A DNA stretch of 64,000 nt, taken from the IMG/VR virus record IMGVR_UViG_2703718817_000003. The stretch is one strand, 5' to 3'. This DNA comes from a virus. Taxonomy: Duplodnaviria; Heunggongvirae; Uroviricota; Caudoviricetes. Under the pieces are notes generated by a model that was not told the origin of the DNA, made no database searches, and worked only from the letters and a program-made list of their open reading frames with translations. The translations under genes were made by a program, and so were the position numbers. Shown here in pieces: positions 19,350 to 28,784 of the stretch (its first letter is position 1; each line of letters starts with the position of its first letter).

Positions 19350-19363
19350 TATTCCTACTCGAT

Positions 19364-19378
19364 TTAGTTTTCTAACAT
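19364..19378. promoter_or_regulatory. Operator-like motif TTAGTTTTCTAACAT upstream of the candidate repressor gene
   Basis: Recurring motif family; consistent with autoregulation. Confidence 0.45.
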
Positions 19379-19545
19379 AAAAGTCCTGTGACAAATTTAT
19401 GCTGAATAACAAGGTGAGTAAAGGATAAAACCGCTTTTTTTTGATTGTTCCTATTAGAAAATGTAGCCAGGAACGGCTACCGCATGGCTGACGGATTTGC
19501 GAAGTGATCTGGTCGGTGTTTTTTTGGGAAAAAAGCCCCGATTCC

Positions 19546-19575
19546 AACTTTAAATAATTGGCATTATTTAAAGTT
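19546..19575. other. lox-like recombination site candidate (perfect 13-4-13 palindrome, readable as 11-8-11)
   Basis: AACTTTAAATAAT-TGGC-ATTATTTAAAGTT, 155 bp upstream of the Cre-like gene; arm AACTTTAAATA matches 8 of 11 positions of the loxP arm AACTTCGTATA. Confidence 0.4.
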
Positions 19576-19728
19576 AGGCTATAATCTCCAGTAAACAGGT
19601 AGTATTGACAAGGATGAAAAATCATGCCTCGAATCAAAGGCTTGAATTTTGAAAATTAACTTATAACTACCCTGTCAGTTTTCTATTTTTCATGTAGCGT
19701 TATCTGTATATAGAGGTTTAATAGTTTC

Positions 19729-20757
19729 ATGGGTGAACTAGTTATCTCCGGCGGTTCTGGTGGTTTTCTGCGCGATATTGGCACCGAATACCAGGAAGCT
19801 GCAAAAAACTTTATGCAGTTCATGAACGACCAGGGAGCTTATGCCCCAAATACGCTTCGAGATCTCCGTCTGGTGTTTCATTCCTGGGCGCGGTGGTGTA
19901 ACTCGCGCCAGCGCCCCTGGTTCCCGATTACGCCGGAAATGGCCCGCGAGTATCTTCTCCAGTTGCATGAGGCCGATCTGGCTTCGACCACCATTGATAA
20001 GCACTATGCCATGCTTAACATGCTGCTTTCGCAATGTGGCCTCCCGCCGCTCTCGGACGATAAAAGTGTGTCTCTGGCCATGCGGCGCATCCGGCGCGAA
20101 GCGGCAACGGAAAAAGGCGAGCGAACAGGCCAGGCTATACCGTTGCGGTGGGATGATCTGAAATTGCTCGACGTGTTGCTGTCCCGTTCCGAGCGGCTGG
20201 TGGACCTGCGCAATCGGGCGTTTCTCTTCGTGGCATACAATACCCTGATGCGTATGTCAGAAATCTCGCGCATCCGCGTCGGAGATCTGGAACAAACAGG
20301 TGACACTGTAACGCTGCATATTTCACACACGAAGACCATCACGACCGCCGCCGGACTTGATAAGGTGCTTTCTCGTTACACTACCGCCGTACTGAACGAC
20401 TGGCTGGAGGTGTCCGGACTTCGAGAACATCCGGACGCGGTGCTATTCCCGCCAATACACCGCAGTAATAAGGCCAGAATCACGACAACGCCCCTTACTG
20501 CACCTGCAATGGAGAAAATATTCAGCGATGCCTGGGGGTTGCTGAACAAACGAGATGCCACGCCGAACAAAGGAAGATACCGGACGTGGACAGGCCATAG
20601 TGCGCGTGTTGGTGCGGCAATTGATATGGCTGAGAAACAGGTGTCAATGGTCGAGATCATGCAGGAAGGCACATGGAAAAAGCCCGAAACACTTATGCGA
20701 TATTTGCGCCGTAGCGGGGCATCCGTTGGTGCAAATAGTCGCCTGATGGATTCATAA
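19729..20757 (+). CDS. cre: Cre-like tyrosine site-specific recombinase
   Basis: 342 aa; colinear with P1 Cre as recalled (WFP...E...REYLL, AYNTLMRMSEISRIRVGDL, GHSARVGAAIDMA, C-terminal catalytic region). Confidence 0.9.
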   Translation: MGELVISGGSGGFLRDIGTEYQEAAKNFMQFMNDQGAYAPNTLRDLRLVFHSWARWCNSRQRPWFPITPEMAREYLLQLHEADLASTTIDKHYAMLNMLLSQCGLPPLSDDKSVSLAMRRIRREAATEKGERTGQAIPLRWDDLKLLDVLLSRSERLVDLRNRAFLFVAYNTLMRMSEISRIRVGDLEQTGDTVTLHISHTKTITTAAGLDKVLSRYTTAVLNDWLEVSGLREHPDAVLFPPIHRSNKARITTTPLTAPAMEKIFSDAWGLLNKRDATPNKGRYRTWTGHSARVGAAIDMAEKQVSMVEIMQEGTWKKPETLMRYLRRSGASVGANSRLMDS

Positions 20758-20758
20758 A

Positions 20759-20773
20759 TTAATTTTCTAACAA
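20759..20773. promoter_or_regulatory. Operator-like motif TTAATTTTCTAACAA just after the cre stop
   Basis: Recurring motif family; precedes the 20830 operon. Confidence 0.4.
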
Positions 20774-20829
20774 TCTTTTTAGACAGTGCATTTTAATGTA
20801 AAGTACCCTCGCCTATTGCGGAGGGTACT

Positions 20830-21174
20830 TTGCACAATCGTATTACGGAATCAAAACGCTTCACTGTTGACGGTTACACCATAACCTTCACTGCGGGCGT
20901 TAAGCGCGACCAGGCGGTCGTGGTGTTCGGTGTTATGACCGGACTTGATGCCGTTCCCGTATTTACCCTCGAAAAAAACTGGCGAAATCTGGAGGAAGCT
21001 GAACGCTACGTCCGGAAAGTAACCGTCATTGCTGCTGAAAAACTCCTGGCCCACTATCAGGAAAATTATCGCGCTATGACCGAGAAAATTAACCATGTTT
21101 TCACTCGCCCCACCAGCGGCTTCATTGCCCCTGATGCGAATGCCGGGCGCTATCCGGCAAGGGGGCGCAAATGA
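20830..21174 (+). CDS. hypothetical protein (cre-adjacent)
   Basis: 114 aa ORF. Confidence 0.45.
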   Translation: MHNRITESKRFTVDGYTITFTAGVKRDQAVVVFGVMTGLDAVPVFTLEKNWRNLEEAERYVRKVTVIAAEKLLAHYQENYRAMTEKINHVFTRPTSGFIAPDANAGRYPARGRK

Positions 21175-21659
21175 AAACTTACTACCCATCTCTGAACTGC
21201 TATCCAACCACTAATCCTGAGCTGTCAGGGAAACTTCTGTCCCTCCTGGCTGATAGTCCTGATGAATGGCATAAGCCTGGTGATATCAACACACAGTTCC
21301 CTGAGTACGGGTGTATCCGCACCCGAAATGAGCTGAAGAACCTCATTGCTCACGGTTTTGTCCGTCACCGTAGCGGGAAAGGCTATCAGTTGGCTATCCC
21401 ACAAGGAGAGGCAAGAGAACTCTTTGGCTATCGAGAAAGCCAGACGCAAGCGCGGGTGATCGCAGAAATTATCCGTAATGGCAGCGTCTATGCCCGCAAA
21501 TTCTGGCTGTCTGGCGGTGGCGATGCATCACAGTTCTTGCGTGCTGTGCGATCGCTGGAGGAACAAGGTGTAATCGAGAATACCTGCGTCTCCGTTCCGA
21601 CCGCTCCGCATATCAAACGCCGGATTTATACATTTACCCGGAGAGCTAAAAAGCAATGA
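21171..21659 (+). CDS. hypothetical protein
   Basis: 162 aa ORF, 4-nt overlaps with both neighbours. Confidence 0.5.
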   Translation: MKTYYPSLNCYPTTNPELSGKLLSLLADSPDEWHKPGDINTQFPEYGCIRTRNELKNLIAHGFVRHRSGKGYQLAIPQGEARELFGYRESQTQARVIAEIIRNGSVYARKFWLSGGGDASQFLRAVRSLEEQGVIENTCVSVPTAPHIKRRIYTFTRRAKKQ

Positions 21660-22150
21660 TTAACGTGAAAGTGAAACGCCTTCATCCGGCGGCAAAACTC
21701 CCCGTTTACGCCACCGCCGGATCGGCGGCGATGGATTTTGTTGCTGTTGAAATAACGCCTGGTATCGATAGCAATGGCGCTATTTCCTCAAGCTGGTGGG
21801 TGCATACCGGCCTCGCTATGGCGATCCCTCCTGGCTGGTGTCTGAAACTTTATCCTCGTTCCGGATTGGGCTGCAAAAAGCATACGCGCCTGGCTAACTG
21901 CGTAGGAATTATCGACGCCGATTATCGCGGTGAAATCATGGCAAAACTGATTACAGATCCTGGTGGTGAAGGTGTTTGCCTCAAGCCTGGAATGGCGGTC
22001 ATGCAAGGCATTTTTGAGCGTGTTGAACCGGTATCGCTGGTAGAAGTTGATGAACTCGATGAAACAGAGCGAGGTGCTGGTGGCTTTGGTAGCACATCGG
22101 AAGACCGCATTGAAATCAAGCGTACACCGCTTCAGTACGAAAAGTTTTAA
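21656..22150 (+). CDS. dut: dUTP diphosphatase (dUTPase)
   Basis: 164 aa; motif 3 GIIDADYRGEI and C-terminal motif RGAGGFGSTS. Confidence 0.8.
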   Translation: MINVKVKRLHPAAKLPVYATAGSAAMDFVAVEITPGIDSNGAISSSWWVHTGLAMAIPPGWCLKLYPRSGLGCKKHTRLANCVGIIDADYRGEIMAKLITDPGGEGVCLKPGMAVMQGIFERVEPVSLVEVDELDETERGAGGFGSTSEDRIEIKRTPLQYEKF

Positions 22151-22164
22151 GTAGAGGAAAGATT

Positions 22165-22851
22165 ATGGCCAGCACTTTTCAGGTGTTCCCCAAATACAAA
22201 AGCCACAGCATCATTCGGGCATCGAAAATCAAAGATATTGTTATTGTCGGCGAAGCTTATGCGCCCATTTTTGGCAGTATCGAAGTCGTGGAGCCAAAAG
22301 GAATGACGCTTCGTGTTGATGGTGTGTTCTTGGAAAAATTCCGACCGCAAATAGGAGGATATCTCGTCACTGCTGAAAATGGCTATCTGGTCTATGTGCC
22401 AGAGAAAGCATTTGAAAAATGCTATAGCCGGGTTAACGACGCCTCCGAAAATGGGGTATCGCTCAGCATTGAAGGTCACAATGGGGTGACATTCATTACA
22501 GCCAGGGACGTAACTATTTCTGCAGGCGGTATCGCTACTCTACAAGAAGAAATCGACCTTGAAGCAGCCGACTTTTCTGACGCGCTGATGTGGCTGAAGG
22601 ATGGCAAGAAAGTTGCCCGGCGCGGGTGGAATGGCGAAAACCAATTCTGCTGGCTGGTTCCAGACAAACAGGGCGCTTCAAGACTAACCCCTATAAAACA
22701 TGCCATCAATGGAGAGCTTGAAATCAATTTCGACTCTCCTCTTGCTCCTTATGGTACGCATTTCGCTTTGAAAAATGCACAAGGTGTAGTTGTTCCGTGG
22801 GTGCCTTCAGTTGGCGACCTGCTGGCCTGTGACTGGTTTGTTGTGGAGTGA
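22165..22851 (+). CDS. Two-domain protein with C-terminal DUF2829 (Tad2-family-like) domain
   Basis: 228 aa; C-terminal FSDALMWLKDGKKVARRGWNGENQFCWLV...VVPWVPSVGDLLACDWFVVE matches the DUF2829 pattern as recalled. Confidence 0.55.
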   Translation: MASTFQVFPKYKSHSIIRASKIKDIVIVGEAYAPIFGSIEVVEPKGMTLRVDGVFLEKFRPQIGGYLVTAENGYLVYVPEKAFEKCYSRVNDASENGVSLSIEGHNGVTFITARDVTISAGGIATLQEEIDLEAADFSDALMWLKDGKKVARRGWNGENQFCWLVPDKQGASRLTPIKHAINGELEINFDSPLAPYGTHFALKNAQGVVVPWVPSVGDLLACDWFVVE

Positions 22852-22857
22852 TTTAAC

Positions 22858-23655
22858 GTGGAAAATACCAAGAACATTCAATATCGCCTGCGTAACGGCC
22901 TGCTGGTGGATGTAAACGATGATATGTCCCTGCCCTTTGCCACCATTGAGCGAACCATCCTTACATACCTGGGTTTAGACGAAGAGTTAGATAGTGAGAA
23001 TGGCATTGCTATCTGGCGTGACGGAAAAACGGGAGTCAGACGTTTTATTACGGCAAGAGGCATTCAGTGCACACAGGAAGAATTGTTTGAACTGGCGCAG
23101 TCTTATGGATGCATCGCGTTAGATCCCCTGCATGACCCAGCCATAGCGCAACAACTCATTCGAGAGCTGTCGCTTTCGGTCACGCCAATAATCTTCCGCC
23201 AGGGAACCTTAACCGGCACATGGCGTGTAGAACGCATCTCTAAATATCAGCCATATAATATCCATTTGAACGGCACTATTACTGGTGTGGATCAACCAGT
23301 AGCAGGTGAAAACAAAGACCTGGAACTTGCAGTAATGATGGCTGCTTGTCGCGTGCTTGGCCTGGGCAAGCAGATGTTTATCCATTTCCCAAACGGCGCG
23401 GAAGGCGAAGTAGAGCTGATTTCCTGCGACTTTTCCTTAACCTGGATGCTTGATGAATTCCTGGACAAAACAGTATTCCGTGCTGAAGAACTGGATATGT
23501 ATGTCACCTCAAGTATTCCTAATGACGTGAAAGTTGAGGCCATCGCTACAGCCAGGGCGAAATGCCGTGCGGCGATTGCAGAACAGGCCAAAGAAGAACA
23601 GTCCGATGAAGTCGCGGCAGATGTGGAAGCAGAGGATGCTGATGCTGACGCCTAA
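22858..23655 (+). CDS. hypothetical protein with acidic C-terminal tail
   Basis: 265 aa; GTG start; C-terminus EEQSDEVAADVEAEDADADA. Confidence 0.5.
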   Translation: MENTKNIQYRLRNGLLVDVNDDMSLPFATIERTILTYLGLDEELDSENGIAIWRDGKTGVRRFITARGIQCTQEELFELAQSYGCIALDPLHDPAIAQQLIRELSLSVTPIIFRQGTLTGTWRVERISKYQPYNIHLNGTITGVDQPVAGENKDLELAVMMAACRVLGLGKQMFIHFPNGAEGEVELISCDFSLTWMLDEFLDKTVFRAEELDMYVTSSIPNDVKVEAIATARAKCRAAIAEQAKEEQSDEVAADVEAEDADADA

Positions 23656-23735
23656 AAGCAAGAAATTAGCTGGCTGACAGCAGAAAAAATCATTGAGTGA
23701 TAGTAGGAAGCCCGCTTGGTTGAGCGGGCTTCTTT

Positions 23736-24116
23736 TCAAATATTGGAACCATATAGTTCACGTAGTTTTTCCGCTACTGAAGATACGGGGATTTCACCAG
23801 TTGCAGCCCCCACCGCAAGTTCCACCAGCACGGGAGAATCATATACCTGTATACCGTTACGGCGTAGAAATAGCAGCGCACTGTTTAGCGCGGTACGCTT
23901 ATTGGCATCATTGAATATATGCCCTCTCGCAGTAGCCACCAGGTAGGTGGCGGAGACTTCGAAAAGGCCGGTGATCTCTTCGTAGGCAACTCTGGCCTGA
24001 ACTCTCCCGATAATGGCCTCTGCCCTACCCGGATCTGACATTCCCGGCAGGCCGCCGTAGCGGTTTATATTCGCATCATGAAGCGCAATAAGTTCTTCCG
24101 GTGATATATGCCTCAT
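23736..24116 (-). CDS. doc: Doc toxin (Fic-fold kinase) of the phd-doc addiction module
   Basis: 126 aa; near-identical to P1 Doc as recalled ([38 protein letters not shown]). Confidence 0.9.
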   Translation of the reverse strand: MRHISPEELIALHDANINRYGGLPGMSDPGRAEAIIGRVQARVAYEEITGLFEVSATYLVATARGHIFNDANKRTALNSALLFLRRNGIQVYDSPVLVELAVGAATGEIPVSSVAEKLRELYGSNI

Positions 24117-24337
24117 TATCGGTTAACCAGTTCCTTGTTAGTGGAGTCCAGGGTGTCAAACAGGGATGCAAATTCAGCATCCAGCGCCGCTTTTTTGTAG
24201 GCTTCGAAAGTAGCCTTGCTGACAATTACTGCTGGCTCACGGCCTCTGCGGGTGATTTCAACCTCTTCACCGGCTTCAACATTGTTGAGCACTTCAGAAA
24301 GGTTGCCACGCGCGGTACGGAAGTTAATGGATTGCAT
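24116..24337 (-). CDS. phd: Phd antitoxin
   Basis: [49 protein letters not shown]... matches P1 Phd as recalled; ATG at 24337 preferred over track start 24343; stop overlaps doc start. Confidence 0.9.
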   Translation of the reverse strand: MQSINFRTARGNLSEVLNNVEAGEEVEITRRGREPAVIVSKATFEAYKKAALDAEFASLFDTLDSTNKELVNR

Positions 24338-24409
24338 AAACACCTCGTGTACTCGTTATGTGTACACAATTATAAACTTCACAGGCATAAAGCACCAGCA
24401 CTTTGCAGC

Positions 24410-24799
24410 TTAAATAACCGGACAATCATCAAATTCCCCACTCCGGGCATCATTGATGATGTGAGTGATCACGCCAAACACAGCATTGCTACCAGTATAT
24501 CCATCATCATCCACTGGCAACGCCTCTTTCTTCCCGGTGCTTAAATCTTCCAGGTGCTGGCTCGGATGCTTCCGGTATCTCTTTATGCGATATTCCCCCT
24601 CTATAGCGCATACAAGCAGTGAACCATCAACCGGAGTAAGTGAGGAATCAACCACCAGCAAAGCACCTTGCAATATTCCCTCACGGTGATGGCTGTCTGC
24701 CGCCCGCATGAAGTAGGTCGCTGAAGGATGTCTGATTAGTTGCTGATCAAGAGAAATACGGCTCTCTGCATAATCCGCCGCAGGAGAAGGGAAGCCCAT
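24410..24799 (-). CDS. humD: UmuD-like SOS mutagenesis protein (HumD-like)
   Basis: 129 aa; LexA/UmuD-type peptidase fold (...VVDSS...GSLLVCAIEGEYRIKRY...); gene order hot-lxr-humD-phd-doc as in P1. Confidence 0.75.
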   Translation of the reverse strand: MGFPSPAADYAESRISLDQQLIRHPSATYFMRAADSHHREGILQGALLVVDSSLTPVDGSLLVCAIEGEYRIKRYRKHPSQHLEDLSTGKKEALPVDDDGYTGSNAVFGVITHIINDARSGEFDDCPVI

Positions 24800-24898
24800 A
24801 GCGTTTTACCTCAATGATACTGTTTATTCATACAGTATACATTGAAAAGGCATAGTTTGTGAAAGCGGGGTTTGTACGCGCGCCACGCTGGGGGCTAA

Positions 24899-25249
24899 TC
24901 ACATTGGTGGCGTGAACGTGCCATTCATATATTGCAAAATGCTTGACTCGATTTTTTCATTAAAATCAGAATGATGCTCCTCAAGGACAAAGCGCGCCTT
25001 ATTGTTGCGCACAATAACCTCCGCCAACGGCTTAACCAGAGATGTGGAGTTAGAGATTTTCTCGGCGCGCTCTACATCGCTTTTAAACGTTACGATGAAG
25101 TGCTGGTGGCCTGGTGACCGGCGACACAACATGCGTCGCACTTCCACGGTATCTTCACGGCCTTGAGTATGTACAGGAAAGCTATCGACCACCGCTGTAT
25201 TGGTGCGGATTGTCTGCATAGAACGCGTGTTGTCGTGATAGTTAAGCAT
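24899..25249 (-). CDS. hypothetical protein (position of P1 lxr)
   Basis: ORF 24899-25291; start placed at ATG 25249 (MLNYHDN...), which has a GGGGGAG Shine-Dalgarno and avoids overlap with hot. Confidence 0.45.
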   Translation of the reverse strand: MLNYHDNTRSMQTIRTNTAVVDSFPVHTQGREDTVEVRRMLCRRSPGHQHFIVTFKSDVERAEKISNSTSLVKPLAEVIVRNNKARFVLEEHHSDFNEKIESSILQYMNGTFTPPM

Positions 25250-25274
25250 GTTTAATGTCTCCCCCATCTTGCCG

Positions 25275-25526
25275 TTATTTTTTTGGTGCATCCTCGTTCT
25301 GATACACCGGATCGCTCCCTTTTGGCAGCAGGAGGCTTAACTGCCGGTAGTGCCGTAGCCGTTCCATGAAATAGGCGCGCAGGTTTTCCGGTTGCTCACG
25401 GGCCACCTGCTCTGCAATCACAGGTATATTCAGTCGTTCTTTGTAAGCAACGCCGCTGGCGGCAAGGTCTACGTTCACCTTGTCTCGCTCTTCCTGGCTT
25501 TTAGCTGCTATATTTCGATCTGACAC
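25275..25526 (-). CDS. hot: Hot: homolog of DNA polymerase III theta subunit (HolE)
   Basis: 83 aa; [43 protein letters not shown] parallels E. coli HolE as recalled. Confidence 0.8.
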   Translation of the reverse strand: MSDRNIAAKSQEERDKVNVDLAASGVAYKERLNIPVIAEQVAREQPENLRAYFMERLRHYRQLSLLLPKGSDPVYQNEDAPKK

Positions 25527-25558
25527 AAGAAACCTCCCGGAGTTAGTGGATCAGGCAC

Positions 25559-25909
25559 ATGCACAATAACGTTCTCAATGTTAGCCGTTCAATTCAGACA
25601 ATCAGAGACTGCACCAGTGTGGTGGCATCAATCCCATTGCGAAACAGCATAGACGAACTGCAAATTCGTGTATTGAATCTGAATCAGGCTAATAAGCAAT
25701 TGCGCTTTATTTTGACGCTGAAAAGTGAAACAGAGGGGATAAAGCACAGCGTAAAAGTATTTTCTGAGGCCATTCTGCTTAATGGGAAGCTCCGGCATCT
25801 GGTAAGGCCAGAACGTCAATATCCTGACGTCCTGGCGCGTGAAAAAGACCTTCTTTCCGAAGTTCAGAATAGGGTGATCGATTTCGTTAAATGCCACCCA
25901 CTACAATGA
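25559..25909 (+). CDS. hypothetical protein (uncertain; only plus-strand ORF in a minus-strand block)
   Basis: 116 aa ORF, largely overlapped by the antisense ORF 25628-25897. Confidence 0.3.
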   Translation: MHNNVLNVSRSIQTIRDCTSVVASIPLRNSIDELQIRVLNLNQANKQLRFILTLKSETEGIKHSVKVFSEAILLNGKLRHLVRPERQYPDVLAREKDLLSEVQNRVIDFVKCHPLQ

Positions 25910-25965
25910 TTTGTAGTAACCAGGGGTACTGCGGGTAGCCAAAACTACAAGCTCACCAGTCATCA

Positions 25966-26781
25966 TTAATACCGGCATTCATAGCATGAGTATCTCCACT
26001 GTTCATGGTCAAAGCACCAGAATGCTTCCCTGGGCAGATTGTGTTTGTTCATTAGCGCCAATACTTGCGTAGGCGTATTCGCGGGAATTTCTGGTAGTAA
26101 AGCCTTCGCCATTTCATGAACCAACATGGCATCAATGACGCCTAGCGTATGGCCTGCCTTAATCTTTAATGCAGTTTCAAGATAGCTCCTTTCCAGAGTT
26201 GTGCTTACTCTTGGCTTCGGCACCTCTTGTGGATGAGTATCCAGACGGTTGCCAGATTCATAGGCTACCCGCAGCCAGTGCATGAATGTTTCAGTAGACA
26301 CACAACCGCAGTCCAGGTCGATTTTTTCGCGTTGTTGCCCCAGCCATTGCTCAAAATTTAACTTATTGGATGCTTCAAGAGCCTCTTCGTATTGTTTGCG
26401 CGAAATTATTTCCGTGTATTCCTCGCGATAAAGGTTACTTATCGGAAGCCTGACCTCAAGGCAAAAATTGCGCCCACACGGGCTTTTCGCTGGATCAGAG
26501 CCAAAAGCAAAGAAACCATATGATGGTTCACAGCAGTCCTCTCTAACCATGCGACAATCGAGCATATCATCAGGCCACCCTCCACGCTTTGGCAGCTCCT
26601 GCACCAACAAGTCAATCAGCTTTATACTCTCACCGTCTTTGCAGGTTGCTAACGCTATTTGGGCAAGCTCCAATACCTCATCTGCCGTGTATCCAGCGCC
26701 GTGTCCATACATTTCGATGCGTGCAATAATCTCTGATATGCGGAATTTAGTGATTTTAGTCATAGTTTTATTTCCTTGCAT
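25966..26781 (-). CDS. hypothetical protein, Cys-rich
   Basis: 271 aa; several CxxC-like pairs; no recognised domain. Confidence 0.5.
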   Translation of the reverse strand: MQGNKTMTKITKFRISEIIARIEMYGHGAGYTADEVLELAQIALATCKDGESIKLIDLLVQELPKRGGWPDDMLDCRMVREDCCEPSYGFFAFGSDPAKSPCGRNFCLEVRLPISNLYREEYTEIISRKQYEEALEASNKLNFEQWLGQQREKIDLDCGCVSTETFMHWLRVAYESGNRLDTHPQEVPKPRVSTTLERSYLETALKIKAGHTLGVIDAMLVHEMAKALLPEIPANTPTQVLALMNKHNLPREAFWCFDHEQWRYSCYECRY

Positions 26782-26969
26782 GGTTCGCCTTTACGGCATA
26801 CAGCTACACGGTCATTTCTTACATTAACCACTGTCACCGTTCCGTCATCACATTGAATAACGATGAAAGGGTGTTCATTCTCTTTTGTGCAATGTTGCTG
26901 TTCTCCAGCCATTGCAGCCGGAGGAGCAAATAGCGCCAGAACAAATGCCAACCTTAAAAAATGCTTCAT
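26760..26969 (-). CDS. small secreted Cys-containing protein
   Basis: 69 aa; signal peptide MKHFLRLAFVLALFAPPAAMA; overlaps downstream gene by 22 nt. Confidence 0.45.
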   Translation of the reverse strand: MKHFLRLAFVLALFAPPAAMAGEQQHCTKENEHPFIVIQCDDGTVTVVNVRNDRVAVCRKGEPCKEIKL

Positions 26970-27210
26970 TTGGCCTTATCCGTTATCAAAATTGGAATAT
27001 CCGTTATCACGAGCGTGATATCCGTTATGAAGGGGGTAATAAAATTACTTAGTAATACCCTCCTCCAGACTGAACGCCAGCGATAACCCAGGCTGCAAGA
27101 AGCGTAAATCCACTCCCAGCTTCACATTCAAGCGTTCCCCATTCAACACCACCAGCCAACAAAACAAATAACAAACAAAAAAGTAATCCAAAATTTCTTT
27201 CTGTTTTTCA

Positions 27211-27510
27211 TTATGGTTGACTCCAGTTATCTTCAATAACAATGCTCAATCTTTGTAGCCATTCTGCTAACTTCAGCATTGCTTCTCTTTCGCTTAAACC
27301 ACGAGGGAAATCATCAAGCGATATTGTTGGCTTGAAATTCCCGAAATTATCCATTTCAACGGTCAGATTTTGCTCCAGCACGGTATTCCTTACGCGGCTA
27401 TTGTGCCGGAGCAAATATACTGAGCGCGATTTATTGGTTTTGTGGTCTAGCTTATATTCGGTAAGTATCATATGGCTTCTGCCATGATTATTACCGCGCC
27501 ACATAATCAC
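27211..27510 (-). CDS. hypothetical protein
   Basis: 99 aa ORF. Confidence 0.4.
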   Translation of the reverse strand: MIMWRGNNHGRSHMILTEYKLDHKTNKSRSVYLLRHNSRVRNTVLEQNLTVEMDNFGNFKPTISLDDFPRGLSEREAMLKLAEWLQRLSIVIEDNWSQP

Positions 27511-27516
27511 TCCGTG

Positions 27517-27918
27517 TTAATAAGAAAAGTAGACCGTTGCGACTCTGTTATATTGATCGAACGAAATAGCATTTACTTCATAGCTGGTGGGTATCTTTTC
27601 GCCAAGAATGTAACCAGGCCATGATTTCCACGGAATTTCTGCTCGTTCGTCATGCCACACTGCGCAACCAAGAGAACCGACCGTCTCTCCATACCGTTTT
27701 CCGCAAGTAACAAAGCCTATATTTGGCTTATCTTGCGTGACTGCTACAGTGGTAGTATTTGCGGATGCATTGATTGCAGTGCGTTGCTCCTGCTCGCTTG
27801 CGGCTGAGGCGCTAATTGCTGCCGTTGTTGCGGCGGTTGCAACAATAACCGATGCATGTGATAAATGGCAGGCAGATAACATTGCCAGAAAAATAATAGT
27901 TCTCCGAAATTTAGCCAT
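27517..27918 (-). CDS. secreted protein (signal peptide)
   Basis: Start chosen at ATG 27918 (MAKFRRTIIFLAMLSACHLSHA...); Ala/Thr-rich linker then Cys-containing domain. Confidence 0.45.
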   Translation of the reverse strand: MAKFRRTIIFLAMLSACHLSHASVIVATAATTAAISASAASEQEQRTAINASANTTTVAVTQDKPNIGFVTCGKRYGETVGSLGCAVWHDERAEIPWKSWPGYILGEKIPTSYEVNAISFDQYNRVATVYFSY

Positions 27919-28094
27919 TGATTTACCCTTTATTGCGAACATATTTAGCTGTGTGTTGCCGATGCGCGGAGATTCTCTTATATCAATTCCACGCGCTCTG
28001 CTAACGAGCAATCCAAATAATCATCCGGATGCTTGTCGGTGTTATTAATGATGCGAATCCTCAAATCTTTTCACCTTTGAGGATAAGTTGCAGG

Positions 28095-28773
28095 TTAGCC
28101 ACGGTTAACTCCTTGCTGTGTGGCGTCGAGTAATAAATCCCACAACCGCTGAGAGCAATTTCCGCATGTACAGCGTTGACCCACAACGTTTATCGCGTTG
28201 CTGATTTCCGGCGTTACCTGTTTAGGAACCATAACCCAACCATCCGGAGTTACCGGAAGCGAGAACGGCAGCACATCTCTGTGAACAAGTTTTTGCTGTG
28301 ACAGGTTATCCAGAACTTTCTGTACTGCTGCATCACCGAATACACCAAGCGCATCTGCCATAACTCCTACAACCTGATAAGCCTCAGCGCATACCGTGGA
28401 TAAACCATCCGGAATTACCGGAGAGTTGCCTGCCAGTCTACGCAAAACAGTCTTAACCGCCTCAATACGGTCATCATCGCAACTTTCCAGCGTATCTATG
28501 CGATCGAGCATGATGATGGCGTTATCAATATCAGGATTGCCGGTCCACTCATTACCGCGATTGGATTCGGCAGCCTGGTTGCCGCGTACTGGTTGATTCT
28601 CGGCTTTACCCTGTCTGTCGTCGCTGCATGAATGCCCTTCCAGCCAGACCAGTGCTTGTCGCATGAAATACGCAATATGCTTGCCGTGGTAATCGTCTTC
28701 ATCGATGTGAAAAGCGATACTGCGGATATATTCAATTGCGTTTTCAATGGCCTCCGGCGTTATCGGTGCTGAC
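28095..28773 (-). pseudogene. 3' portion of a gene split by the IS2 insertion
   Basis: Reading frame stays open from 28664 up to the IS2 boundary at 28773 and is in phase with the 5' portion at 30105-30477 once one CTGAC copy is removed. Confidence 0.6.
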
Positions 28774-28784
28774 TGGATTTGCCC

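Noticed and set aside
18312-19637. 441 aa extended ORF
   Set aside because: The extra 96 N-terminal codons run through the operator motif and towards the lox-like site with no ribosome-binding site; ATG 19349 (MSKKSIENEY) is the supported start.
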